A stretch of DNA of 64,000 bases, from the NCBI GenBank assembly GCA_934141535.1, contig CAKPCH010000004.1, forward strand, positions 56,755 through 120,754. Direction: 5' to 3'. The translations under genes were made by a program, and so were the position numbers. Origin of the DNA: an uncultured Bacilli bacterium. Lineage in GTDB: Bacteria; Bacillota_I; Bacilli_A; RF39; UBA660. Positions 20,269 through 29,411 of this stretch are shown here, piece by piece. Under the pieces are notes generated by a model that was given only the letters and a program-made list of their open reading frames with translations, searched no databases and was not told where the DNA came from. The first letter of the stretch is position 1. Each line of letters starts with the position of its first letter.

Positions 20269-21018
20269 CTAACTAAATAATATATGATTTATAATCATTA
20301 AAAGAGAACCATATATTATATATTTAAATGTATTTTTTTTATTTGTTTTTATAGCTTCTTTATATAATTCATTTATAGCTATATTTACCATCATTCCTGC
20401 TATTATAGCATATATTATTCCTAATATTGTATTATCTATATATTTAGATAAAAGTAGATATGATAGTAAAGCACCTAATGGTTCTGATATAGCTGAAATT
20501 AAAGTATATAAGAATGCTTTTATTTTACTATTAGTAGAATAATATATTGGGATTGCTATTGATATTCCTTCTGGTATATTATGGAGTGCTATAGCAATAC
20601 TTAATGTTATTCCTAGCTTTATATTATTATTTGAAGTAATAAATGTAACAATACCCTCTGGTATATTATGAAGAATTATTACAAGCATACTAATTATTCC
20701 TAATTTATATAGTTTTAAACTATTTTTAGAAGTTTTTTCTACTTTTTTATCTACTATATTAGAAATTATTATTCCTATTATAAAGCCTATAATAATTAAA
20801 ATGAATGTTATTGGTATAGAATGTTTAGTTATTATAGCTTTTAATGAACTAGGTATTAGATCACTAATAGATACTGTAGCCATTACTCCTACTGCAAAAC
20901 CTAATGCCTTACTTATTATATCTTCCCTATTTCTTTTTATAAATATAAATAGGAAGCCAATTAGAGTTGATATACCCGCCATTGAAGATAATAAAAAAGC
21001 ATATGCAGTATTAGTCAT
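20269..21018 (-). CDS. zupT: ZIP-family zinc transporter
   Basis: Two HNIPEGI motifs (LHNIPEGI twice) in an 8-TM protein of about 250 aa. Confidence 0.8.
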   Translation of the reverse strand: MTNTAYAFLLSSMAGISTLIGFLFIFIKRNREDIISKALGFAVGVMATVSISDLIPSSLKAIITKHSIPITFILIIIGFIIGIIISNIVDKKVEKTSKNSLKLYKLGIISMLVIILHNIPEGIVTFITSNNNIKLGITLSIAIALHNIPEGISIAIPIYYSTNSKIKAFLYTLISAISEPLGALLSYLLLSKYIDNTILGIIYAIIAGMMVNIAINELYKEAIKTNKKNTFKYIIYGSLLMIINHILFS

Positions 21019-21053
21019 AGTATCACCAATAAAGTATATGCTTAATTTTTTAG

Positions 21054-21719
21054 TTAATTAAATTTTACGCAATCATTTAATATATAATTCATAATATTTA
21101 TATCTGTAGTTGTATCATAATGTAGGCCATCTGGTAAATTAAACTTTAATGAACTATATGAGTCGCAATAATTCATTATATTATGAGTTTTACTTGCTAC
21201 TATTCTATTAAAGTTTTTAATTTTTTTATTAGTTCTTATATTATCCCATAAATCATTAATGATATCTTCATCTATTGGATTTACTGATAAGAAATAATAT
21301 GAAGCACTCTTATTATTTTTAATAAATTTTTTATATATATTAACATATTCATTAGCACGTTTTTTATAATCTATATCATAGTTTAAATCATTAACACCTA
21401 AATTAAATATTATATGATAATTAATATTTTTATTTTTTATTAAATTTTTAGCTTTAAATAAAGCTTCATTTTCTAAGAATTCTATATTAGCACCGTTTTT
21501 AGCAATAAATATAATAGAGTCTGGTATATTTAATTCTTCTCTTTTATTTTCTATTAAATACATTCTAGAATCACCAATTATTATTATATAATTTAATTTT
21601 GATATATTATTATTTATATTAAAGAATGCATTAACGCTATTTATATTAATAAAAAAGCATAGTGAACATAATAATAAAAATGAACATATTCTAAATTTTT
21701 TCTTTTTCATAAACATCAC
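21054..21719 (-). CDS. Secreted SGNH/GDSL-like hydrolase
   Basis: Signal peptide, then the IIIGDSRMY block (GDS-x) and a later DGLHYD segment resembling the catalytic DxxH. Confidence 0.5.
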   Translation of the reverse strand: MMFMKKKKFRICSFLLLCSLCFFININSVNAFFNINNNISKLNYIIIIGDSRMYLIENKREELNIPDSIIFIAKNGANIEFLENEALFKAKNLIKNKNINYHIIFNLGVNDLNYDIDYKKRANEYVNIYKKFIKNNKSASYYFLSVNPIDEDIINDLWDNIRTNKKIKNFNRIVASKTHNIMNYCDSYSSLKFNLPDGLHYDTTTDINIMNYILNDCVKFN

Positions 21720-21818
21720 TTAACTAGTTTAGCATTTATTTTGATTTTAATCAACTATATTAAAAATATTTATTGTTTTTTTAATTTGTATATGTTATAT
21801 TAATATTAGGGTGAGTTT

Positions 21819-22823
21819 ATGGTAAATAAGGATAAAGAAAGATATTATGGGGTTGATATATTAAGGATTATAGCAACCTTTTGTGTTATTGGAGTACATT
21901 TTTTCTTAAATACTAATTATTATGATGTGGATCCTGGTGGATTTAGTATGAGAATACAAAGTATTATTAGAAATTTTTGTATGATATGTGTTCCTTTATT
22001 TATTGTTATTAGTGGTTATTTAAATAAGAATAAAGAGTATAATAAAAGTTTTTTTAAGAAATTATTTAATATATTAATTATTTGGTTTTTTTATAGTTTA
22101 ATAGAATACTTTGTATTAAATATTATTAATGGTACTTATACTGATTTTAATTTAAAGAGTACACTTTACGCTATTACAACATTTAAAGGGTGTGAATATT
22201 CTTGGTATATTGAGATGTATATTGGACTTTATTTACTATCCCCTATTTTAAATAATGCATTTGATAGTTTAAATGATAAAAATAAGGATTATTTATTTAT
22301 TATAGCTATAATTATGTTTATTTTGCCTTCATTTATAAATACATTATTTATTAATATAATTCATATACCTTGTTGGTGGGCTACTATCTACCCTGTTGGT
22401 TATTATATAACTGGTAAATATATTAATTATAAACAGTTCAATTTTAAAAAGAAAAATTTATTTATACTATTAGTATTAACTCAAATAATTACTTTCTCAT
22501 ATACTTATATAGGAACAATTAATTATGATAGTTTAACTACTTATATAAGTACTATTATTGTGTTTTTAATATTTTATAATGTAAATATTAAAAGAAACTT
22601 TTCTAAAAATATATTAAAATATATTTCAAGTATTTGTTTAGATATTTATTTAGCTTCTAGTTTAATTGATAAGATTATATATCCTGTTTTTAATAATCAA
22701 ATGAATTTACATAGTATAAATCAAAGTAATTTAATAGTATTTATGCCTCTAGTAGTATTAACTGTATTTATAATATCAAGTATATATGGAAGTGTTAGAA
22801 AATTAATTATTAATGTAAGATAA
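21819..22823 (+). CDS. Acyltransferase family 3 integral membrane protein
   Basis: YYGVDILRIIATFCVIGVHFF N-terminal signature; about 10 TM segments. Confidence 0.7.
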   Translation: MVNKDKERYYGVDILRIIATFCVIGVHFFLNTNYYDVDPGGFSMRIQSIIRNFCMICVPLFIVISGYLNKNKEYNKSFFKKLFNILIIWFFYSLIEYFVLNIINGTYTDFNLKSTLYAITTFKGCEYSWYIEMYIGLYLLSPILNNAFDSLNDKNKDYLFIIAIIMFILPSFINTLFINIIHIPCWWATIYPVGYYITGKYINYKQFNFKKKNLFILLVLTQIITFSYTYIGTINYDSLTTYISTIIVFLIFYNVNIKRNFSKNILKYISSICLDIYLASSLIDKIIYPVFNNQMNLHSINQSNLIVFMPLVVLTVFIISSIYGSVRKLIINVR

Positions 22824-22853
22824 AAGAGATTTTAAATTAATCTCTTTTTTTCT
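22824..22853. terminator. Bidirectional terminator
   Basis: aagagatt-ttaaatt-aatctctt hairpin plus T7. Confidence 0.55.
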
Positions 22854-23344
22854 AATATAATATTATCTAAATCTCTTATAGTTAGTATATCATCATCTAC
22901 TATAATAAAACTATTAGAACCCATTCTTGATTTAGAAATTGATCCTGGATTTATAAATAATTTATTATTATATTCTTCTATTTTACTTATATGGGTGTGA
23001 CCAGTAAATATTATATTGGCATCTATTTTACTTAAATAGTCTTTATCAAATAAATCTCCATGTGTTAGAATTATTTTTTTATTATTTAGTTCTATTTCTT
23101 CTAAATACTTATTTCCAAATAATATACCTTTTAAATTGTTATCACAATTTCCTTTAACATATACTATATTATCTTTCATAAGGTTTAATCTATTAATTAT
23201 TTCTTCTATATTTAAATCTATTCCATAATTAATTAAATCGCCTAATATTAATAGTTTATTACAATGTTCTTTTTGATATATATTAAGGACTGTATTTAGA
23301 GCATCTATATTTCCATGTATATCTGATATTACCATATATTTCAT
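22832..23344 (-). CDS. YfcE-type metallophosphoesterase
   Basis: MVISDIHGN ... GDL ... GNCD ... THGD ... GHTH calcineurin-like motifs. Start at MKYM after the aaggtga RBS. Confidence 0.75.
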   Translation of the reverse strand: MKYMVISDIHGNIDALNTVLNIYQKEHCNKLLILGDLINYGIDLNIEEIINRLNLMKDNIVYVKGNCDNNLKGILFGNKYLEEIELNNKKIILTHGDLFDKDYLSKIDANIIFTGHTHISKIEEYNNKLFINPGSISKSRMGSNSFIIVDDDILTIRDLDNIILEKKRLI

Positions 23345-23349
23345 TTTTA

Positions 23350-24516
23350 TCACCTTAATTTAGTTAAAAAGCTTTTTCCTACTATTGGCATTGGAACTTT
23401 AAAATTATCTGCTATAGTGGCTCCTATATCACTAAAACAATCTAACTCTTTTAAATGTTTAGGATCTTTAAATTTTTTAGAATATATAAGTACTGGTGTA
23501 TTTTCTCTTGTATGATCTGTTCCCATATATGAAGGATCATTACCATGATCTGCAGTTATTATAAGTAAGTCATCATCCTTTAGGTTAGATTTTATTTCTC
23601 CTAAATAATTATCAAATTCTTTTATTGCTTCAGCATAACCTTTTATATTTCTTCTATGTCCATATTTAGAATCAAAATCATTTAAGTTAGCAAAACATAA
23701 TCCATTAAAATCTTCTTTTTCTGTTTCAAGTATTAAATTAATTCCTTCTAAGTTATTACCTGTATGTGTAGTTTTTGTAATACCACATCCATTAAATATA
23801 TCATTAATTTTACCAATTGCTATAACATCAAAACCATTATTTTTTAAGTTATCTAATACAGTATCTGATACAGGATCAAGTGCGAAATCTTTTCTATTAC
23901 CTGTTCTTATAAAGTTACCTTTAGTTCCTATATAAGGGCGCGCTATAATTCTTCCAACCTTCCATTCTTCTTTTAATGTAAGTTCTCTTGCTATAGCACA
24001 GTCTTCATATAATTCTTCTAGTGGTATAATGTCTTCATGAGCAGCTATTTGAAGTACTGAATCAGCTGATGTATAAACTATTAAGTCTCCTGTTTTCATT
24101 TGTTCTTCACCTAATTGTTTAATAATTTCAGTACCTGATGCATCACAATTACCTATTATATGTCTTTTACAACGTCTTTCTAATTCATCTATTAATTCTT
24201 TAGGAAATCCTGTTTTAGTAAATGTTTTAAATGGTATCAAAGTTCTTATACCCATCATTTCTAAATGACCTGTTAGTGTATCTTTACCATTTGCTTTTGG
24301 ATGTGCTTTAGTATAATAAGAATCTGTTTTCTCTATATTTTTATAATTTACTAAGTTTAAAAATCCCATTTTTTCTAAATTAGGATAATCAATAGGATTA
24401 TATTTTAAAATATGTCCTAATGTATTAGCACCCTCACTTTCAAATTTTTTAGCATCTATTGCTTCCCCTACTCCAAGTGAATCTAAAACTATTAAAAATA
24501 CTCTATTAAATTTCAT
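23350..24516 (-). CDS. deoB: Phosphopentomutase
   Basis: N-terminal RVFLIVLDSLGVGEA and the alkaline-phosphatase-like core. Start at MKFNR after the agaggga RBS. Confidence 0.85.
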   Translation of the reverse strand: MKFNRVFLIVLDSLGVGEAIDAKKFESEGANTLGHILKYNPIDYPNLEKMGFLNLVNYKNIEKTDSYYTKAHPKANGKDTLTGHLEMMGIRTLIPFKTFTKTGFPKELIDELERRCKRHIIGNCDASGTEIIKQLGEEQMKTGDLIVYTSADSVLQIAAHEDIIPLEELYEDCAIARELTLKEEWKVGRIIARPYIGTKGNFIRTGNRKDFALDPVSDTVLDNLKNNGFDVIAIGKINDIFNGCGITKTTHTGNNLEGINLILETEKEDFNGLCFANLNDFDSKYGHRRNIKGYAEAIKEFDNYLGEIKSNLKDDDLLIITADHGNDPSYMGTDHTRENTPVLIYSKKFKDPKHLKELDCFSDIGATIADNFKVPMPIVGKSFLTKLR

Positions 24517-24532
24517 AAAATCCCTCTTTCTT

Positions 24533-25411
24533 TTATTTACCATGAGGATGGTATTCCTCATAATTTTTCTTTAATTCCTCATGTGATATATGAGTATAAA
24601 TTTGTGTTGTAGATATATCAGAATGACCTAATAATTCTTGAATCGTTCTTAAATCTGCTCCATATTTTAATAAATGGCTTGCAAATGAATGTCTTAATGT
24701 ATGAGGCGATATTTCACTTTTTATATCTTTTTCTTTTGCTATTTTTTTTATTATTTTAAAGAATCCTTGTCTTGTCATGTTTGATCCATGATTATTTATA
24801 AATACATAATCACTATTTCCCTTTATTAATAATAGTGGTCTATATAATTCAATATATTTTTTTAAATATTCTTTAGCATATTCTCCAATTGGTATAATAC
24901 GTTCTTTACTTCCTTTACCAAATGTTCTAATTATATCATCATTAAAATCAATATCTTGCAATTTTACTTTTACTAATTCACTAACACGAAGTCCTGTAGC
25001 ATACATTAATTCTAACATTGCTTTATTTCTATAATCAAATGGTGTTATAAGTTCTATATCAAGTAGTTTTAATACTTCTTCTTCTGTTAATATATTTGGT
25101 AAAGCTTTTCTTATTTTAGGTAGAAAAAGTGAATCACTAACATTATTTGTTATAAATTTTTCTATTACTAAAAACTTATAAAAACTTTTTAGGCAAGATA
25201 CATTTCTAGATATAGATTTTTCATTTAATCCTTCTTCATTTAAATATTTTATATATTTTTTTAAGTCCTCATTTGTTATATCTTTTATATTTTTATTTGA
25301 ATAAAATTTAACAAATTTTTCTAAATCATTTCTATAGGATTCTATTGTATTTGAACTATAACCTTTATCTATTAATAAGTATCTTAAGAATTCTTCTTTT
25401 AAATCATTCAT
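24533..25411 (-). CDS. xerD: Tyrosine site-specific recombinase XerD/XerC (chromosome dimer resolution)
   Basis: C-terminal RHSFASHLL ... LLGHSDISTTQIYTH with the catalytic Y; N-terminal SAM-like core-binding domain. Chromosomal context next to deoB, no phage genes nearby. Confidence 0.8.
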   Translation of the reverse strand: MNDLKEEFLRYLLIDKGYSSNTIESYRNDLEKFVKFYSNKNIKDITNEDLKKYIKYLNEEGLNEKSISRNVSCLKSFYKFLVIEKFITNNVSDSLFLPKIRKALPNILTEEEVLKLLDIELITPFDYRNKAMLELMYATGLRVSELVKVKLQDIDFNDDIIRTFGKGSKERIIPIGEYAKEYLKKYIELYRPLLLIKGNSDYVFINNHGSNMTRQGFFKIIKKIAKEKDIKSEISPHTLRHSFASHLLKYGADLRTIQELLGHSDISTTQIYTHISHEELKKNYEEYHPHGK

Positions 25412-26243
25412 GTATTTTACCTTTTTTTACTATAAAATCATCATTTATTTTGTTAATACTTTTTTCTATAGCTTGTTTTATATTTTGTGGAGTACCTAAT
25501 ATATTATACTGTGAACGTATAAAACTACAAATATTATTTATTCTCTCATCTACTTCATTTTCTGTTTCATTATTAACGCATGATACATCTTCTACTAAAA
25601 GAGTAATATATTTATCTTTAATTTCGTTATCTTTACTATTAGTTTTAACTCTTTTATTATAATCTAAATCCATATTTTCTAAAATAGTGATTAAGTTGTT
25701 TGACCCACTTCTATTATAATATTCTTTCATCAAATCTATAAAATTTTTATTAAAATATATATCAGTAAGTATAGGCATTGGTACTATATTAGAAAATAAT
25801 ATTACGTTATTTATATCATTTTTAGATGTATTATAAGGAAATTCTTTTTTTAATACTTTTCTAGTTAAAAGTTCATTCATTCCTTTATTTAGTGAACATC
25901 CATATAGTGAATTTGTATTTACAAATCCTTGTTTATCTAAAGAAGTGGATGCTATAGATATTAATTCATATGTAAGTAAAGCATGATAATCTTGGCTTAT
26001 ATCACTTGGTAAATATAAAGTATTTGAAATACTATTATATAAAGATATTGTATCAAAATTAATTATTAGATCTTTATTTTCATTTTGTAAATAATATATT
26101 TTAATTGTACTTAAATTTTTACATAAATTATCATAAGCACCTTGATATTTATTTAAAATATAATAACTGCACTCAAATATTTTACTTTTTAATTCTAGTG
26201 GTATGTTATTATTATCTTTTATTATATTTTTTATCTTTTCCAT
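25404..26243 (-). CDS. Hypothetical protein
   Basis: ORF only. Start placed at MEKIK after a ggtga RBS. Confidence 0.35.
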   Translation of the reverse strand: MEKIKNIIKDNNNIPLELKSKIFECSYYILNKYQGAYDNLCKNLSTIKIYYLQNENKDLIINFDTISLYNSISNTLYLPSDISQDYHALLTYELISIASTSLDKQGFVNTNSLYGCSLNKGMNELLTRKVLKKEFPYNTSKNDINNVILFSNIVPMPILTDIYFNKNFIDLMKEYYNRSGSNNLITILENMDLDYNKRVKTNSKDNEIKDKYITLLVEDVSCVNNETENEVDERINNICSFIRSQYNILGTPQNIKQAIEKSINKINDDFIVKKGKIHE

Positions 26244-26321
26244 ATCATCACCATTATCATTATAGCACATTTTGTGCTTCTTTTTAAGTATTTCATGATA
26301 AAATATTAATAGGTGATGTAA

Positions 26322-27524
26322 ATGGAACCATTAGCTGTAAAGATGAGACCAAAATGTTTAAATGATATTATAGGACAAAGTCATTTAATTGGAAAAGATA
26401 AAGTGTTAACTAATTTGGTTAAAAATAATAAATTGTTTTCTATGATATTATATGGAAAACCTGGTATTGGAAAGACAAGCATAGCTATATCTATTGTTAA
26501 TGAACTTAATTTAAAATATAGAATGCTTAATGCTACTATAAATAATAAGAAGGATTTTGATACTGTTATTGAAGAAGCTAAGATGTATGGTGAACTTGTT
26601 GTTATAATGGATGAAATACATAGATTAAATAAAGATAAACAAGATTTATTACTTCCCTATTTAGAAAGTGGATTAATAATATTAATTGGTATGACTACAT
26701 CAAATCCATATCATTCTATTAATCCTGCAATACGTTCTAGATGCCAAATATTTGAATTAAAAGAATTAACTGTTGATGATATAAAATGCGCTATTAAAAG
26801 AGCTATAAAAGATTATTTGACCGACATAAATATAACGGATGAATGTATAGATTTTATTGCTAATTCTTCATCAGGTGATCTTAGATATGCATATAATTTA
26901 CTTGAAGTTGCTTACTACTCTACTAACAAGAATATAACTTTAGAATCTCTTAAAAGTATAAGTAATAAGCCTAATCTTTTTTATGATAAAAATCAAGATG
27001 GATATTATGATGTTATAAGTGCTTTTCAAAAAAGTATAAGAGGTAGTGATGTTGATGCTGCTTTGCATTATTTAGCACGTTTAATTGAAGCTGAAGATTT
27101 AGATATTATATTTAGAAGAATGAGTGTTATTGCATATGAAGATATAGGGCTTGCTAATCCTATAATGGGTGTTAAGGTTGATGCTTGTATTAATGCTTGT
27201 GAAAGATTAGGGCTTCCTGAGGCTAGAATCCCACTTGCTCAAACTGTTATAGAACTTGCACTCTCACCTAAATCTAATAGTGCTATTATGGCTCTTGATG
27301 AAGCAATAAATGATATTAATAAAGGTAGTACTGGTAATGTACCAAATCATATTAAAACATCTTCTAAAGATTATAAATATGCTCATAATTATCCTAATCA
27401 TATAGTTAAACAGCAATATTTACCAGATGGCTTGATAGGTAAAAGATACTATATAGCTCAAAATAACAAAAATGAATTAAAATTAAAAGAAATAAATGAA
27501 AAAATAAAGAAGATTATCGATTAA
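26322..27524 (+). CDS. rarA: Replication-associated recombination protein A (AAA+ ATPase RarA/MgsA)
   Basis: LYGKPGIGKTS Walker A, VVIMDEIHRLNK Walker B/sensor, and the C-terminal MgsA helical domain. Confidence 0.85.
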   Translation: MEPLAVKMRPKCLNDIIGQSHLIGKDKVLTNLVKNNKLFSMILYGKPGIGKTSIAISIVNELNLKYRMLNATINNKKDFDTVIEEAKMYGELVVIMDEIHRLNKDKQDLLLPYLESGLIILIGMTTSNPYHSINPAIRSRCQIFELKELTVDDIKCAIKRAIKDYLTDINITDECIDFIANSSSGDLRYAYNLLEVAYYSTNKNITLESLKSISNKPNLFYDKNQDGYYDVISAFQKSIRGSDVDAALHYLARLIEAEDLDIIFRRMSVIAYEDIGLANPIMGVKVDACINACERLGLPEARIPLAQTVIELALSPKSNSAIMALDEAINDINKGSTGNVPNHIKTSSKDYKYAHNYPNHIVKQQYLPDGLIGKRYYIAQNNKNELKLKEINEKIKKIID

Positions 27525-27535
27525 TCTTCTTTATT

Positions 27536-28471
27536 TTATAAACTTAATATAAATAATTCAAGAGCAAGTTCTTTATCCTTCTCACCTGTTTTAATGCCAA
27601 TATCTAGGTTTGCTAAATCATTTAAATACTTTAATAGTATTTTAGGATTATATTTGTATCCTGCAGTTATAGCTAAATGAACAGGATATTTATGAACTTT
27701 TAATATTTCTGAAATAGCTTCTTCAGTATAACCTTTTTTAGCTAATGTACTTGCCTGATACATAAGTCTAAATTTATTAGCTAACATTATTATAATTTTT
27801 ATAGGTTCTTCATTTATTTTTAATAATTCCCTATAAGTTTTAATAGCACCCTTCTTATTTTTATTTATTATATCATCAACAAATTTAAAAATATCTATTT
27901 CTACATTCTCACAAGATAAATCTATTATATCTTTATCAGTTATAATTTTATCATTCATTTTATATAGTTTTAATTTTAAAACTTCTTGGTATATTAAATC
28001 TAAATTATTACCTACTCTTTTTAACAATAAATTAATAGAGTCATTAGATATTTTATAGTCATCAAACATAGTCTTAACAGTATTATTAATATTTACTTCT
28101 TTATTATATTCTTTTATTATACCTTTTTCTTTTATTATTTTTACTATTTTTTTAACACTATCTAATTTTTCTAAATTATCTATAAATATTATTGTTGTAT
28201 TAGGATTTTCATTTTTTAAATATTGTTCTAATTCTTCTATTCCATCTATTTTATTTTGTGTTCTACTAAATATAAAAGCATTATCTACTATAATAACTTT
28301 TTTATCACTAAAAAGTGATACTGTATTAGCATCTTCTATAATTTCATTTATTGTATTAATATTTAAGTCATATTTAGATATATTAATTTCTTCTACTTTT
28401 AAATTATCTATTATTTTTTTTATCTCTTTATCTATTAAAAATCTAATTTCACCATATAATAAATAATTCAT
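27536..28471 (-). CDS. holA: DNA polymerase III delta subunit-like
   Basis: Size (311 aa), N-terminal YLLYGEIRFL pattern typical of HolA, and helical clamp-loader domains; RBS aggaagtga. Confidence 0.5.
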   Translation of the reverse strand: MNYLLYGEIRFLIDKEIKKIIDNLKVEEINISKYDLNINTINEIIEDANTVSLFSDKKVIIVDNAFIFSRTQNKIDGIEELEQYLKNENPNTTIIFIDNLEKLDSVKKIVKIIKEKGIIKEYNKEVNINNTVKTMFDDYKISNDSINLLLKRVGNNLDLIYQEVLKLKLYKMNDKIITDKDIIDLSCENVEIDIFKFVDDIINKNKKGAIKTYRELLKINEEPIKIIIMLANKFRLMYQASTLAKKGYTEEAISEILKVHKYPVHLAITAGYKYNPKILLKYLNDLANLDIGIKTGEKDKELALELFILSL

Positions 28472-28475
28472 GTTA

Positions 28476-29411
28476 TCACTTCCTAATTTTTTTGTTTATC
28501 TTGTTATCTAGTAGTATATTATAAATATTATCATTTAAACTAGGTAAATTAATTTTAAAGCCATTATATGTATAAGATAAATTTTCATCAAATAATTGTT
28601 TTGTATTATTAATTAAAATATCTAATTTACCATTATTCGAATATTTATTATATAAGCAATAGAATAAGAATGTTACTGTCTTTAAATATAAATCTCTAAT
28701 TTCTTTTATTTCTTCTTCACTTTTTAACTTCGTAAGTTTAAAACTTAATTTATCTAAGTTATGTATAAAGTCACATGCATTTACATAATTAGAGTATTTA
28801 CTTATCTCATCTATTAATCCATATATATCCATATTAAAATATAACTTTTCCATAGTATTATGTCCAATTAATAATTCTAGATTATGTGAAAGGAGTGCTT
28901 CTATTTGATAACCTATTTTAGTACCAAAATACCTATTAGTTAAAAGATCTGTGTATCCTTCATTAATTCCTCTACCTATTCTATATTTTTTCTTATAGTT
29001 AATTAAATCAAATCCGCAATATTCAATTCTTTTAATATGATTATAAGTACCTGTTGCCATATGAAGTAATTCATGTTCTATGGCCTCTTCCTCATAACAC
29101 GTAAATTCATCCATTTTAAAACTAATAGTTCCTCCATATATTGAATCATTAACTTTATTATTATATACACAAAAATTAAATTTTTTAAAGTTTGTTTTAA
29201 ATCTATTTAAAGAAATAAGAGGAAAATTAAAACTTATTGTTTTTATAAAATTATTAATCTTATCAATAAATAGTTTTTCTAAATATTCATGTTCTTTATA
29301 TCTATATTTAGAAAACTTGATAGTAGCGCATTTGTAGTTATTTTTCTTTATTAATTTTATCTTATTTTTTCTTTGATAATTAATTATTTTAGTTATATTA
29401 GGTTCTATCAT
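28476..29411 (-). CDS. Hypothetical protein with HExxH motif (putative zinc-metallopeptidase-like)
   Basis: EEAIEHELLHMATG followed by EGYTDLL (possible third ligand); RBS agagga. Confidence 0.35.
   Translation of the reverse strand: MIEPNITKIINYQRKNKIKLIKKNNYKCATIKFSKYRYKEHEYLEKLFIDKINNFIKTISFNFPLISLNRFKTNFKKFNFCVYNNKVNDSIYGGTISFKMDEFTCYEEEAIEHELLHMATGTYNHIKRIEYCGFDLINYKKKYRIGRGINEGYTDLLTNRYFGTKIGYQIEALLSHNLELLIGHNTMEKLYFNMDIYGLIDEISKYSNYVNACDFIHNLDKLSFKLTKLKSEEEIKEIRDLYLKTVTFLFYCLYNKYSNNGKLDILINNTKQLFDENLSYTYNGFKINLPSLNDNIYNILLDNKINKKIRK

Noticed and set aside
24533-25411. Tyrosine recombinase as a marker of an integrated mobile element
   Set aside because: The sequence is XerD/XerC-type (RHSFA ... 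HSD ... TQIYTH) in a chromosomal context next to deoB, as in Bacillus. No phage, transposon or direct-repeat signatures are nearby, so it was called as a dimer-resolution recombinase, not a mobile element.
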